Shown: positions 24,601-38,665, counted from the stretch's first letter. The stretch is 64,000 bases of DNA from Felis catus (GCF_018350175.1 NC_058382.1:60328001-60392000), one strand, 5' to 3'. Notes: generated by a model not told the origin, from the letters alone. Program-made: numbers and translations.

Positions 24601-24828
24601 TTTTTTTTTAAATTTTCATTTTTTTGAACGTTTATTTATTTTTGGGACAGAGAGAGACAGAGCATGAACGGGGGAGGGGCAGAGAGAGAGGGAGACACAG
24701 AATCGGAAACAGGCTCCAGGCTCCGAGCCATCAGCCCAGAGCCTGACGCGGGGCTCGAACTCCCGGATCGCGAGATCGTGACCTGGCTGAAGTCGGACGC
24801 TTAACCGACTGCGCCACCCAGGCGCCCC
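24601..24828 (-). mobile_element. young felid Can-SINE
   Basis: reverse complement reads ggggcgcctgggtggcgcagtcggttaagcgtccgacttcagccaggtcacgatctcgc...tgtcccaaaaataaataaacgttc; target duplication tattttccagatttt / tattttctagatttt. Confidence 0.97.
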
Positions 24829-26039
24829 TATTTTCTAGATTTTTGATGCCATTTACTTGTGGTTGCTTTCAAGATTGTCCCCTTGTCCTTGGTTTTCAGA
24901 AGTTTCACCATGATGTACTAAAGTGTAGTTTCCATTGTATTCCTCTTGCTTGGAATCCAATGAATTTCTTAAATCTATAAACCTATAGCTTTGACCAAAG
25001 TGGAGAAATCTTCAGCTGTTTGCCCAAATAGTTTGTTTGCCCTGTTCTTACCTTCCTCTCCCCTGTGACCCTGAATGCACACGTCACAGACCTTTTGATA
25101 TGATCTTGTAGGTCCCTGTGGCTCTGTTCATTTTAATCTCAATCTCTACCTCTCTGCTTTCAGATTAAATAGTTTCTAGTGGTTCATGTCTAAGTTCATC
25201 GATTTTTCTCCGTCATTTCCATTCTGTGAATTCACCTGAAAATCTAGTGAATTTTTTAATTTCAGACATCACATTTCTTTAGTTGTAGAATTTTTGTCTG
25301 CCTTCTTCTTATAGCTTCTTATTTCTCTGTTAAGATTTTCTGTCCATTCACTTATTACAAACCTAATTTCTTCAGTATCCTTGAGCATAGCAAAATACCT
25401 GCTTGGAAACCCTTGTCTATGGACACTCCAAACACCTGTATCACATCAGGGTTGGTCTCTGTTGGTTGTCTTTTCTCCGGAGAAGGGGTCGTGTGTTTCA
25501 TGTGTCATGTAACTTTGGATTGTGTCCTGGATATTATCAGTGACCTGTTTTAGAAACTCAAGATTCCATTATATTTGGTCCTTTCCACTTCCACATAAAT
25601 CGTAGAATCAGCTTGTTGATTTCAAAACACCTGCTAGAGTTTCGACTGGAATTGCATTGGATCCATAGGTCAGTGTGGGAAGAACTGACATCTTTATGCA
25701 GGTGGCCCTCAATCCACGGATGTTGTAGATCCCAGCATTTATTAGGATCTTAAGTTCTGTCAGTGGTGTTCCGCGGTTTTCTGTGTAAAGGTCATGCACG
25801 TCTTTTATGAGTTTATTCCTATATATCTGATGTTTTCTGATGTTTCGAATGGCACTGATCCTTAAGTTTCATGTTCCAGTTGTTTTTGGAGACAGTGAAA
25901 TAGCACTGCTTGGGGAATCTCTGACTCAAGCCCCAGCCCTGCTGAGTGTTAGCTGAGTAATCTTGGGCAGATCTCCAGACTTGCATTTTCTTATCTGCAG
26001 AGTGCACAGGAAGCTGTGCCTGTATACTGGATATTTGTT

Positions 26040-26455
26040 GATTTTTTTAACCCTCAGCATCCAGCCTCCCTTCTGTGTTGGTGTATGTTGCTCCACTTAT
26101 GTTCTGGAGGTCAGCATGGTGTTGGCCGCACCCACAGCTCCAGGGGTGGGCCTACAGCTCAGGCCATCCAGTCCGAGCATCGGTCCCCCTGGCCACCATT
26201 GGCAGGTGACCGACTTGGAGGTAGCAACCATGTACTCCAGGGCTCGGAGGGGAATCGGACAACCATTTGCCACAGGCCAGAGCCAGGAGGGCTTGGCACA
26301 AACCTTGTGGTGCCCGTCTTGCCGCCACCAGGGGAGGAAGCAGCCAGCAAGAGGCCGTGCTTGCCGCTGGGCTTTCCGATTACATGAGCCAAATTCCCTT
26401 TCTAGCTTTGGTCCGTTTGGGCTGGGTTTTGTGCCGCTTGTCACCAGAGGCTCCC
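26040..26455 (+). mobile_element. old MLT1 (J/K-like) LTR
   Basis: cagctccaggggtgggcct...gattacatgagccaaattccctt...gtttgggctgggttttgtgccgcttgtcaccagagg. Confidence 0.65.
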
Positions 26456-26654
26456 GGCCATGAGCGGTCAACCCCAAGGGACTGGTTTGGCTTCAGGGCT
26501 GAGCTTGGTTGTGAATGTCCTCCGCTCTCCTTGCAATTCTTGACAAACACGATCTGCGATTGGGGCAAGTGAGGGGAACTGGGGGTCCCATTTAGCCTTC
26601 ATGGCAGAAGGGATGCCACCACGCAAGCCATCACAAGGAGGGCGGGGTTGGGCT

Positions 26655-26860
26655 GCTGGGTTCAGATCCCAGCTGCTCTGTATCCATATCATCACTGTGC
26701 GCAACTGACTTCACTGTCCCTGGGCTGCTGTATCTGTGGGGCAGGGGTAACTGCCCCCCTCAGCATTCTTGTCAGGGAACAGAATTCCACAACACGTGCA
26801 GCACAACAGCCCGGCACAGGTAATGACGGATAATGGCAAGCCAAGTCATTATCATCGTAC
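26655..26860 (+). mobile_element. MIR fragment
   Basis: ctgggttcagatcccagct...ctgtatctgtggggcaggggtaa...cagcccggcacagg. Confidence 0.55.
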
Positions 26861-26877
26861 CACCTCACCCAGCATAC

Positions 26878-27030
26878 GAGTGTCCCGTGGCTCCCGTACA
26901 AATAGCCACGGTTGTCACCACTAGAGATCCTAACTTAATTCCATCTGCAAAGACCCCTTTGCAGATAAGGTCACATTCACACGTTCCCGGGAGATGTGTG
27001 TTGGGGGGGAGAGGTACGATTCACCCATCA
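26878..27030 (-). mobile_element. internally deleted MLT1 remnant
   Basis: aacttaattccatctgcaaagacccctttgcagataaggtcacattcacacgttcc. Confidence 0.7.
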
Positions 27031-27204
27031 TCACCATCACCCTCGTCATCTTGTTTCGCTGGAGGACAAGTTCCGTGTCTTCCCTGTGTGCCCTTGGGCC
27101 CGACCGTAGGGCCTGACTTCTCGTCAGGGCTCAGCAAACATCCGTAGGGTAAATGAAAGAAATTAACCTATTAAGCTCCAGCTGTATACCACGGTCTTCC
27201 TTTG

Positions 27205-27380
27205 AATAACAGTAGCATCGCGTACTGAGTTAGGTGCTGGGATCTATGCTCCCTCATCTCAGTCCTCGTGACAGTCAGTATTTTGAGTCCATATTACAGG
27301 TGAGGAATCAAGGCACAGGACAAGCTAAGCCCAAGTTTCCAGAAGAGTGGCGGGGAGCTGAGATTTGAACACGGTCTCAG
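27205..27380 (-). mobile_element. MIR fragment
   Basis: ccatattacaggtgaggaatcaaggcacagg...ggagctgagatttgaacac. Confidence 0.7.
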
Positions 27381-29957
27381 TGGCACAGACTGAGTGCTTC
27401 GTCTCCGCCAGGAAGCCCATGAAGGACGGCCTCCGCCCCCTCCCCTCAGGCTCAGGGCACGGGAACACCTGCCAGGACAGCGGATACAGAAGGGCTTTGA
27501 GGACTTGTGAAGGAAGCATGCACCCCGGCCGCTCTGATACAGCAGAGCAGGCATTTAGAAATCAAAGCAGGCGACCTGTGGCCACAGAAGAGATCGCTGT
27601 GTGAGTGTTCTTTGTGCAGGAATCGGCCCTGAGCGTGTGCTGACCACCCACTATGCGCCAGGCACCACTGTCTCCCAGGGGCGCCTTCACGAGCCAGACT
27701 CACGCTTGGTCACCAGCCAGTCACTGGCTCCAGTCTCTGGGGTCCAGGGTTCACGGCCCCATTCAGAACACTGAACAATCCGATGAAGAAACCAGCTCTC
27801 CGAAAGACTCGCTTGTCAAAGAACAAAAGCGCCCCTCTCCCAGAGCAGCCCCCGCACTGGCGGACTTGGGGAACGCGGTGAGCAGCAGTCCCCGGTGCCC
27901 GCGCACGAAAGCACCCCCATCCGGCTCAATTCCGGATGAGCATCCTCCCTCCAAATTATGAGGGAGGAAATGCAATATTATTTTAGGACTTGACTCCGCA
28001 TAATAGCCGAGGAGGGCAGAGAGAACAATCCAACACTTATATCAAACACAAACAAGCCTGCTCTGCTCACCCAGCCTCTGCCCCAGGAGGGGGATTTGGC
28101 ATCAAGGTCCTGGGCCTTTCTGGACAGAGCCAGTCACAGCCTCGATGGGACCACAGACGGGAGCCAGAGGAGGAGACCAGAGACCCAGCGTGGGAGGCTC
28201 AGAGGGCCCTTCTGGACACTGGACACGGCCCCCGCCCCCACCCCAGACAGAAGGCAGGACAGCTCGGTGTTTCTCTGGGAGACAGAGCTCCACTGGGAGC
28301 GGCGGGAGGGGGGGGGGGTCGCGCACGGCCTAGCGTGTGAGGCCAGGGGACAGCGTGGCCCTTGCACACCTTCAGGATCAGTGTTCTCGGGGGACAATGT
28401 GGCGGGGTGGCCCGGCTCCAGGGAGGGAGTGAACTGCTGACCTCCAGCCCCACCTGGGATGAGCCTTTCCCCCGGGTAGGCGGACGCCCAGCACAGGCGT
28501 CCCTCGCGGGGGTGCCCGCAGACACGTCGCCCGACCTTCTGAGCCTGCTTAGCACCTCCACCAGAGAGTGCCGCATCCGGGCCGGCTCCAGGCTGGCGTC
28601 GGGGACCCGGGAACACACGCAGGGCCTGTGACATGAGTCCCGCACACGGGTCAGCTGACCCCAGGGACCCCTCCCTGGCTGCATCGTACCAGACCCGCCT
28701 GCCAGGCCGTGCTGTGCACCCACGCGTCAGAGGATCATGTCCTTGCCTGGCGTGTGAGTGACGAATGACACGCAAACCCGTTTGGACCAAGGCCTGTTGT
28801 CTCTGCCCAGGGCCCCTAGGGCCCCCTTGGCAGGTCGGCGACACTGAGTCTGTTCCGGTGGCTCTCCGGCCAGCGCGGCGCTGGCCCGGGGGCTCCAGTG
28901 GGGCCTTCCAGAAGCAGCCCCACAGGAGGAGTCTGGGAACCGAAGTCAGACGGTCCGTGCCAGCCGCTGTGTGACTCGGGCAAATCCCTTGGCCTCTCTG
29001 AGCCCTGCCCCTCTTCTGCTCGTGCCGTGCTGATGTCCCAGCTCGGGTTCACAGCTCTCCCCAAGCATGTGGGTGTTCTCACGGCAATTCCGCAGGTCGA
29101 CGCAGTCTACCCCCCCCGCCCCACGCCCTGTCTCGGACGACAGCAGGAGGCACACGGTAAAGCCCAGCCACAGAAGCGGCTGCCTGAGCCTCGGTCCGGC
29201 TTCCGGAGGCTTGGACCCGGTCCCCACAACCTGCTCCCACCGGCCCGCAGAGACCACACTGCCTGCCCCGCCCCGCCCCAGGACCCCACCTCCCCAGGTG
29301 CAGCCCGCCTGGGCATCGAGACCTTGTGCACTTGGCCTAAAGCCGCTGTTTGTCACTGCGTTGTCTCCCTGTTTCAAAAATAATATCAGTTCTTTATGCA
29401 AAGTTTGGAAACTACAGCAACCCCAAACAGGGAAATTTCAAATTGCCCTTGATTTTAGGGCCCGGAGACCCCTCCCGGCTACTGATGCTCCTGTGGGCAC
29501 CCAGTCCCCAGGATGTGCATTTTGTGTCCTTCTTGCACTCTGCGCATGAGGAGTTATCTCCTAGGACAGCAGCGGCGGGACCTCCCCGGTGCTCCCCGGC
29601 TCCCGCAGACCCAGCCACACCACTCCCACAGTGGGCGTCCACGCAGGCCGCTCCCGCCGTGGGTACCACGGAGCACAGCGGGAACGCCGCCTCTCCCCGG
29701 ATCTGATTGTTCCTTGGGATGAATTCACCAAACGGAAGAATGTTCCAGAAAACAGCAGGATGTGAGCTCTCCATGTCCCGCATCCTGGCCAGCCCTGAGC
29801 ATCTGGGTGTTTTAAATTCTCGACGGTTCGCTCACGAAAGTGGTAGCGTGTCATGTGACCGAGACGCCTCAATTCTTGACGAAGCGGGTGCTCTGGATGT
29901 AGGCGCCGCTGGTCTGCCTCCCGCTGCTGCCTCCAGTGCCCACTTCTCACCCCTGGG

Positions 29958-30317
29958 CGCCTCGGTTTCCCGGGGTGGCCGAACAAAGGACCACAGGCGG
30001 GGCGGGTCAAGAAAAGTAGAAATTCATCCTCTGCCAGTCTGGAACGCAGAAGCTCAAAATTAAGGCGTCACGGGACCGCACTCCCTCCGAAGGCTCTGGG
30101 GAGGCTCCTTCCTCCCCCTCCCGCCTCTGGGGGCCCCAGTCTGTGTTCCCGTCTCTGCCTCCACGTCCCACGGCCTTTCTGCCTGAGTCCCCACCCTAGT
30201 CCTCTGTGACTTCATTGAAGCTGATGACATCTGCAAAGACCCTATTTCCAAATAAGGCTACATCCACAGGTACAGGGGTTAGGACTGTGTCTCAGAGGGG
30301 ACACAGCTCAGCCACGA
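29958..30317 (-). mobile_element. MLT1B/C-like LTR
   Basis: ctccctccgaaggctctggggagg...acatctgcaaagaccctatttccaaataaggctacatccacaggtacaggggttaggact. Confidence 0.85.
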
Positions 30318-32365
30318 TGCCGTGTCTGTCTCCTGGTGGGTGGGAAGAGAAGGCTCCTCATGGAGGCGACACATCTCCTGAGAGTTGCTCGGTGCCGGGC
30401 TCTGCTGGGTCTGAGAGGGGCACAGAGGGGAAATAGGGGACCCCAGCTCTCAGGTGACCACAGGCTGAGGACCCCAGGAACCACCCCTCCCGGGTCTCCA
30501 CCTCCCTCCAGGATAGAAGGTAGTGGACACCGGGGGGGAGCAGCCCATGGGGACAGGGGTGGTGGCCTCTGTCCCTTCGTGGCCGTGTCCCAGCGCCTGG
30601 AACAGTGTCCCCAGCTGTCTGCGGAGCCACAGGCCCTGTGCCCAGCCCTCCCCTGCCTCATCCCACACGTCCTCAGCCCTCCTTGAGAGGCGAGGACGGT
30701 CACCCTGAGGAGGAAACCGGGTTCAGGGAATTCAAAGCGTGCCCGGGTCACCAGGGCCAGATTGTCGGTTCCACAGGACCCACCGGAGCCCCGAGCCCGG
30801 GGCCTCCTCTCTAGAGATGGAGTGGCTCACAGCTACGAAGCCTCCAAGCCAAGACTCCAGCCCGTCCCCGGACATCAGCCCCCACGGGAACTCACTTCCC
30901 TCCAACTGGAGACACACCCTCCCTGCAAGCATTCGGCGGGGCGCCGAGCACCCAAGGCCTGCCCGTGTCCCCCAGGCGTGGCCCGGCCCAGCCAGGAAGC
31001 TGCGTGCTTGCCTGGTCCCCCAGCTTCTGGGGCCCCGCCAATCGTGTGTCGGCTCACATTCAGAGATCTAGTCCCTGCTTCAAAACAAATGCCACCCCCT
31101 GGGGCTGGAGCCCGGTCTCCAGGTCACCAGGTCAGCAGTGATGCCCCCTGTGTCCTGCCCTGGCATGCGCTCTGCGTGATCTCGGGCGCCTGGACGCGGC
31201 TCGTTCCGGCCGACGCACCCTGCAGCGGGGCCGGCTTAGCTGGGGCGTCGGCCACAGCAAGACAAACGTCCCTGGGGGGCAGCCACACCGTGCTTCCAGC
31301 CCTCACCTGACTCTCACACGGAGAGCAGCGCTTGTGGGGGCTTCTGTCCCCCGCCGCCTAGGGAACGTTCTAGAGCATCTGCCCCAGAGTGAGCCAGAAG
31401 CTGCTTACGTCCATTTGAAGACCTCACTGGCCCCTTCCTACCTTTCTAAGCAGCGTGTTCTTGGCTCTTGTAGAATAATGATAGTAATGAGAAGAAGGAG
31501 GAGAGGAAGAGGAGGGAGAATTCATGAAGCTCGTGCTATGGGCAGTGTGGGCACCACTGTGTCTCGTCCAGCCTAACAGGCCTTGCGCAGAAGGTCCCCG
31601 ACTAGACACGCTGATGTACCCTGAAATCCGCGGGCAGCCGCACGCAGGTGCAGTTCGCGGGGGCTTGCCGCACATCCGGTGGTCTGCCCCTCATAATAAC
31701 CAGGCCAGCAGCCCCGGGCATCCCCGCGGGACAGGTGAGGAATCCTGAGCACCCAGGGGTGGGGCGATTTGCTCAGCGTCCACTCGTGCTGCCGGAGGAG
31801 AAGGCAAATCCGTGTCTTCCCCTGTGGCGGAAAGCTGTGCCCTGGCTGCCGTGCAGTCTCGTCCCGCTTGGAGGAGGCTTGGCTTGGGGGGCATTGGGTG
31901 CTCCCGGCTCCCGTTCTGCTTGTATGTGTGTCCCTGCACACGTCACATCCGATCTCTTGCTGGTCTGGGCGAAGGCATGACCAGGACAGGCTTTGCTGAA
32001 ACAAAGGCAAAAAAATGCACATATCTGGAGGAGAGAGGAGGGTTTCTGCAAAACCACTCGGTGTTATAGAAAAGCTGATAGTCAGAACCCCTTCACCCCA
32101 GAAGAACCCTTTAGGCCTTACTCAGGTCAATCCTGCAATTTCACAGGCGGGGAAGCCGGACCCCAGGAGGGCAGGCAATGGAGCCAATGTCACTCAGAGC
32201 ACAGGTGCCCAGCCTGTTCCCGCTGTTGAGCTCTCTGCCCTGATGCACATTCCCATGCCTGTCACCCGCCCAGGGCTTAGCACCCCTATGAAGTTCTGTG
32301 TCTTAAGCAAGGAAGGCAGGAAACAGAAGCATTCTTGGAAGGGGAGAATTTGGGAATAGTGAAAA

Positions 32366-33063
32366 CATCATCACCATCACCATCATCTCCACCACCATTA
32401 ATTACCATCACCATCACATTAACCATCATCGCCACCATCACCATCACTATCACCACCATCACCACCACCATCACCATCACCATCATCACCACCATCAACC
32501 ATCGCCATCATCACCATCACCATCACCATCATCACCATCACCACCATCACCATCATCACCATCACTATCACCATGATCACCATCGCCATCACCATCATCA
32601 CCACCATCAACCATCACTATCATCACCATCACCATCATCACCATCACCATCATTGCCACCATCACCATCATCACCATCACCATCATCACCATCACCATCA
32701 TTGCCACCATCACATCACCATCACTATCACCATGATCACCATCACCATCACCATCATCACCATCACCATCACCATCATCACCATCACCATCACCATCATC
32801 ACCATCACCATCATCACCATCAACCATCACCACCATCATCACCATCATCACCATCACTATCACCATCACCACCATCACCACCATCATCATCACCGGCATC
32901 ACCATCAACACCATCGTCTCCACCGCCTCCACCATTGCCACCACCATCACTGTCATCACCACCATCATCACCCTCACCACCATCCTCACCATCACCATCA
33001 TCATCTCCATCATCACCACCACCATCACCACCACCGTCACCGTCACCATAACCCTCACCACAT
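32366..33063 (+). repeat. compound (CAT/CAC)n trinucleotide repeat, about 700 bp
   Basis: near-continuous catcac/caccat units. Confidence 0.97.
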
Positions 33064-33064
33064 A

Positions 33065-33250
33065 GCACGCACAGTGGCAAGTCCACTGGCTCTGTGTCAG
33101 ACGCCCCTTTCAACACTTTACACACATCATTCTAGTGACTCATCACGACCCCGTGAGGCAGTTTCTATATGTCACCCCCAGGCTTCCCAGGAGCAAGTTG
33201 GAGCTCAGACCAGAGATGGGATTTGCCCAAAGTCACGCGGCTGCCAGGCG
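33065..33250 (-). mobile_element. MIR fragment
   Basis: ctctgtgtcagacg...aacactttacacacatcatt...catcacgaccccgtgaggcag...gatttgcccaaagtcacgcggct. Confidence 0.65.
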
Positions 33251-36200
33251 CAGCCCACGGCCGCACGTTGCCGAGCGCAGAGGCCGTCTGTTGCGCAGCT
33301 TGGGGGGGGGGTCTCGCTGTGGCCCTGGGGATGTGTCAGGGGGTTTTGGGGGGAGCGGAAGCAAGCAAGGACCTCTGGAGAGCAAGCAGGGTGGGATGGG
33401 GCGGGGGCAATGGTCAGACCGGTCGGCAGGACGAGAGGGCCGTGCTGCAGGGTTTTCTTGGCTCCTGGGCCTCAGGGCAGAACGCCAAGCCCCCTCAGAA
33501 GAGCCGGTCCTACCCTGGTTGTGCCCCAAGCTCTCTCTCCCTCTCTGGGCCTCAGTTTCTTCATCTGCAGAGTGAAGAGTCTGGACCGGACTGCCCCCAA
33601 GAGTCTTTCTGCGCTAACATTCTCAGATGCTGAGAAGGGCCTGCGTCCCACGGTCAGTGCTTCTTGGAGGTCAGACGTCTTGAGCAGATTTAAAAGGGAC
33701 AAAGGGCCTCCTGTGTCCCAGGAGGAGGCGCCTCCGTGGTGAGCAGCTGAGAGGACAGAGTGAGACCGTCAGAGACGCAGAGAGCACTGAGCAGGCTCGG
33801 GCACCATCTGACGTGTGGGACGGCCACACAGACGGGTGTAGGGCGCAGGGTGATGTGCGTGTGCCACGATCCCGGTGTCTGCGAGACCGCTTCGTAGAAG
33901 AGGTGACTTCCGAGCGTGTCCTCGAAGATGAGTGGGCAAAGCGGGCGGGAGGGACGGGAACTTTCCAGGAGGCGAGAGACGAGTGCAGGGTTAGTGAGAC
34001 TGGGGAGAGACCGAGGGGCATCCGGGGTGACGTGGGGCCGCCCAGCGAGGCCTGAGTCGAGGCGGGGAGGACACAGCAGAGGAGGGACGGGCCCCGAGGC
34101 CGGGAAGGTGGCTTGGGGCCTGGTGGGGAAGGGCCGTCGTGTGGGTACGAGGAGGCCGGGGTGTGACCGGCTCCCATCTGGGGGAGGGGCTGCCCCGGAG
34201 TCCGGCGAGCACCGCGAGGCGGGAGGGCTGAGCGCCCTGGCTGGTTGGTAACGTCTGCCCCGAGTGCTGGGATGGAGGGGGCCTGAGTGCCATTCTGCTC
34301 ACTGGATATTCCCGGAGTGGGGCGGGGGGGGGGGGGGGGACGGGGACGGGGGAGCTAAGGGACAAGTGCCATTTCTTTTAGGAAAGTATAGAGATTTTGA
34401 AGGCGTGTGTCTGTCTTCTTGCTGACGTCACAGAGAAAAACAGGCGTCGGGGAGGCAGTCTAACCCCACGTGCGAGCGCGCATCTGCCCAGGTGGCCCCA
34501 GGACCCTGGGCGACCGAGGGCTGGGCCAGCAGAGAGGGATCGGGGTGATGCAAGAGGCCAACTGCTCTTCTCTGGCTGTTGTGACGGGTCTGTGGGGTGG
34601 AGACCCCGCGTTCCACCGCACATCACGTGCCCATGAGGACAGGGGCAGGAGGAGGGACCCGGCCAGGAGACGCCGTCCGTACCCGGACGGGCCCAGACCG
34701 TGGGGGCAGGCAGAGGTTGTCTCTCCCGGGGACGATTCTGATTACGAACTGTGAGCCGGGGAGATGTGGGGACGTGTGACGGAGAAGGCAGTGGCCCGGG
34801 AAAGGTAGGGGTGACGGTCAGAACTGACATCCATTAGACTCTGAGTGCATGATGCCGACCGTCGGGCACCCCACGGGCCTCCAGGGACAGGGACTGGGGA
34901 ACGGAGGCACAGCAGGGGGGCTTGCGGGGCTGCGGCCACAGACCTCTGCCGGCTGCCAGGGCCGTCACCACAGGAGAGACAGCGGCGACAGCCCGGCTTC
35001 ACCCTCGCCCAAAGGCTCCCTTTCAGCCGTCCCCGAGCTCTCCGTCCGTTCATTCATTCAACAAACAGGACTTGTTCTGTGTCCAGCCTTGTTGTAGGCA
35101 CCGAGGGTGCGGGGTGAGCAGGGCAGGGCTCACACCCCCGCGTCCCGGAGGAACTGCGTGCGAACACACACACGTGCACACGCGCGCACCTGCCCATCGT
35201 CGTCCCCTCGCGTCCTGGCATTGGTGTCCTCCTGGAGGAGGGTTCTGACGGGCCCCGCCCCCCGGGGGAGGCGGCATCAGTCTGCGGTGCCCGGCCAGGA
35301 CGGGTGGGGACACCGAGGACAGCCCGCGCTCAGACCCGGGGCTGCCCGAGCGTCTCCCGGTGTCTGTGCTCCCAGACGGGGGCCCCGCTCGCCTCCGCCG
35401 GCTGGACCCCCCGAGGCCGTCGGCCTGTCGATGTCCCTTCGGAGACTCGAAACCGTCTGACCGCCAGCCTTCGTCTCCACGGAGCCGCAGGGAGCGTCCC
35501 TGGGGCCAGTGCGGCAGGTGGCAGAGGCGCGAGGTTTCTTTAATGTCACTAACTGGAAGAAGACCTGGCTTGAGTCCGGGGCCAGAGCGGGATGGATAAG
35601 CCATTTGGAGAGAAAACGATCCCGGGGAAGCTTGCCACATTTTTTCTAGAAGAATGTTGGAAGTTTTGGTGGCCAGGTACGGAAAAAGAAACCCTGGGTA
35701 CACTGAAGTCATTCACGGCGAGGGGAGCGAGGCGTTTACACAGGCCCAGGTGCCGGGGGCCCCGCTGTTCGCAGAGCCGGCCGGGCCACAAGGGCCGGTT
35801 GTGTCCGCACGCCTCAGCCAGTCACCCCGAGCAACACGAAAACACACATCAATGCGCCTTTGACAGCGCGGCCTTCCTCGCGGGCTCCGGATCGGTGACC
35901 AAGCTGAGCAAGATGTAAATTTGTAGCTGTCCCTCGGAGACGTAATTATAGGAGAAAAAAACAAGGACAGTGGCACGCGGACCAGGACAGCTGGCTCGTC
36001 TCCTGCAGCCGGGCCGGGACGCGGGGTGAGCGGGCGGAGGCCCTGAGGCCGGAGGCTGGGGCTGAAGGCCGCCGTCCTCCTCCTCCCTGCCCCGGGCAGG
36101 CCCCGGGCACTGCCAGCTCCTCGGGCCGCGCTCGGATGTCTCCACCCCGGGCCCTCGCGCCGCAGCCGCCCCGTGAAAGGGCCCATTCATGCGCCAGGCC

Positions 36201-38665
36201 GCTGGCTCGGGTTCCCGCGGCCGGGCCGGCCCCCGCTGCCTCTGTTTTCTTTTCATTAGAAGGATTCCCATCTCGAAGGCCCGCAAGAGGCTGAGCCCGG
36301 GATGCTCGGCTGAGCGTCGGAAGGCTCACAGCGGCCCACGGGTCCCGGCACACTCACGCATGAGTGTGACTTACCGGGGCGGATGGGGAGACTGAGGCTC
36401 AGGTCACGTGGCTGCCAGATGGCAGAGTTGGGGGCTGGCCCGGGGCCGCCGGCTGCCGGATGGCCCCGCTGGGAGGAGCTCAGGAAACACCGGCGTCCCG
36501 GGCCAGCGTGGAGGGCAGGGAGGGCTTCCTGGAGGCGGAGGAGCCGATGCTGGGAGAGGGGGGCGAGGTGGGCCTTGGGCCCCGGGAAGCTCTACACGCC
36601 CAGACCCTCCGCCGGACCTTGGGTGCCCGTGGCTGGCGCTGGCCCGCTCGTGTGAAAGCACGTGTTGGCGGCGGGGGGCGGGGGGGGGGGGGGGGGGGGG
36701 GGCATGCCGGTGTCTGCGTGTGAGACCCTCCTCAGGAAAGGCACCCCTTCCCTGTCCCTTTCTGCTCACAAGTGGGGCCATTTGGAAGACAGGAAGACAG
36801 GACAGAAACCAGCGCTGGGCTCTGAGTCATGCGCCACCCTCAGTCTGGAATGTCTCCTTGGAAGGGTTCGCTGGGCTCTGGCCCCACCCGCCCGCCACTC
36901 ACCCAGCCTCCCTCCCGCCCGCTCGCCTCCTCCCTCCCTCCCTCCCTCCGTCCGCCCACCCCCCTCACAGCAGACCCCCGAAAATGCACAGGGTTTTTAC
37001 ATGTGGCCACGTAGGAGCTGAGTTGCCGCTGACGAGTGAGGTAAAGGTTTACTCGTTTGCATTTGTATGTTCCTTTCTGTGTTCTCGAACCTTTAGTTTT
37101 CTTTCTGATGCCCTGGCCCCGGACTGGGTGCCTGGGGGCACGGGGCAGGGGTGGGGGGCGTATGAGGGCCAGACAGCATCCGCTGTGGGACAAGCACCAG
37201 GGACCCCCGGCCGCTGTCAGGAGGAACCCCACCTTGCCTCGGGGGGCTGGCAGCGCCCTCCTGGCCTCTCAATTCCTCCCTGAGCCGCGGGCACCAAAAA
37301 CGCCAACTCCCGGCGGGCGGGCAGAAACTCAGAGAGGTCGCTGACTTACCCAAGGACTCTCAGCTAGCAGAGAGCGGGGGGCGGAGGCCAGGCCCTCCGA
37401 GTTGTTGGGCTCCTCCGCGAATTCTGCCAGCACTGGTTGTGTTACCAACGCGGGGTCCTGGAGCCCGCTTTTCAGTAAGCGGGTACAGGTGCACAGGTAG
37501 TTCCTCCGGAAGGGCCGGGTCGCTCATTCCCGGAAAGGGCTTGGGTTCCGTGCTTCCATGTTTGCTGAAGTGCCACTTAATGTGACGAGGCACAGGAGCC
37601 ACCAAGTCCCCACACTCCCACCAAGACACCCGGGGAGAAGCGAGGGGCCACAGGGAGGCGTCTCCGTGAGGCGGAGGCGTGCCCCCAAGGTCAGGGGCCC
37701 CACGTCCCTCGTGGCTGTGCCCTCCCCCTGGGTTTGGCAGGGAGTCGACAGGCATAGGAGGTAGTCCAAGGTCCCAGGTGGGCTGTGCTACTAACTCCTG
37801 GGTCCTTGGGATGGGGCCCTCCAGCCTCAGTTTCCCCATCTGGCAAGTGGGGGTAAGGGGCCTGAGGGAGCCCACAGGGTCACAGGTCAGACTTGCCACC
37901 GAAACTCCGGGAGGGTATAAACATCCAACGTGCCACATCACAGCCCCAGGCCTGGTCCCAGGTCGGACGTCTGTTCTCCCAAGGACGAGGGGCTTGGCCT
38001 CGGGGGTCCCACGGGGTCTGGTGTGGACTGCACACGGGGCGGGGGCAGGACGCTGCTTTCAAGGTGCAAGGCCGTCTGGACGGATGGGTGGCCAATGCCA
38101 AGGCCCTGTGAGTGTCAAGCTGGAGCGGCCATGTGACACTATGTCCCTGGAATTTGCCGGACGCTTCTCACTCCTCCCACCCCAGCTCTGGCTCTGGGTA
38201 CGCGGTTTCATTTTGACATCAGGCAAAATTCAAGGGGATGACTCAGGAACCCTGACTGGCTTTCCCAGCACGCGCAGGGGCCCAGGCAGCCTCTGCCCCT
38301 TGAGGGCGGCCAGCGGTGGGTCTCAGGCCCCGGGCGGCACGGGGGCTCGGCTGGGGAGGGAGAGCGGGGCTTGGTGTCCGTGACTTTGGGCAAGCTGAGT
38401 TGGCGCCCTGGCCGGGCCGTGTCCTGGTGCAGAGGGAGGCCCAGCACAGCCGGGCAGTTTCCAGTTCTGTTCTCAGAGCAAAGGAGCAGGGACTCCCCAT
38501 CGTCGAGACCCTGCCAGCCCACCCCCTGTCCACGGCACCCCGTGCGGGGACTGGGCGCTTCCTCTTGGGAGAGGTGGATGAAGTTACTGCCAGGCTTTGG
38601 GGACTGTGGAGGAGGGGACGTGTTGCCTGCACTAGGCCAGGGGGTGGGGTGCTGGGGTCCACCCC

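Larger units (their letters stand above)
22040..25890 (-). mobile_element. mosaic of old L1M (ME/MC-like) fragments
   Basis: AT-rich; ttttgtgtctggcttttct, ttgcaaatattttctcccagcctg, ttttagaatcagcttg, ggaattgcattggatccataggtcagtgtgggaagaactgacatcttt. Confidence 0.8.

Noticed and set aside
32335..33742. Poly-His 238 aa and 389 aa ORFs
   Set aside because: Translation of a CAT/CAC simple repeat plus MIR sequence; no gene structure.
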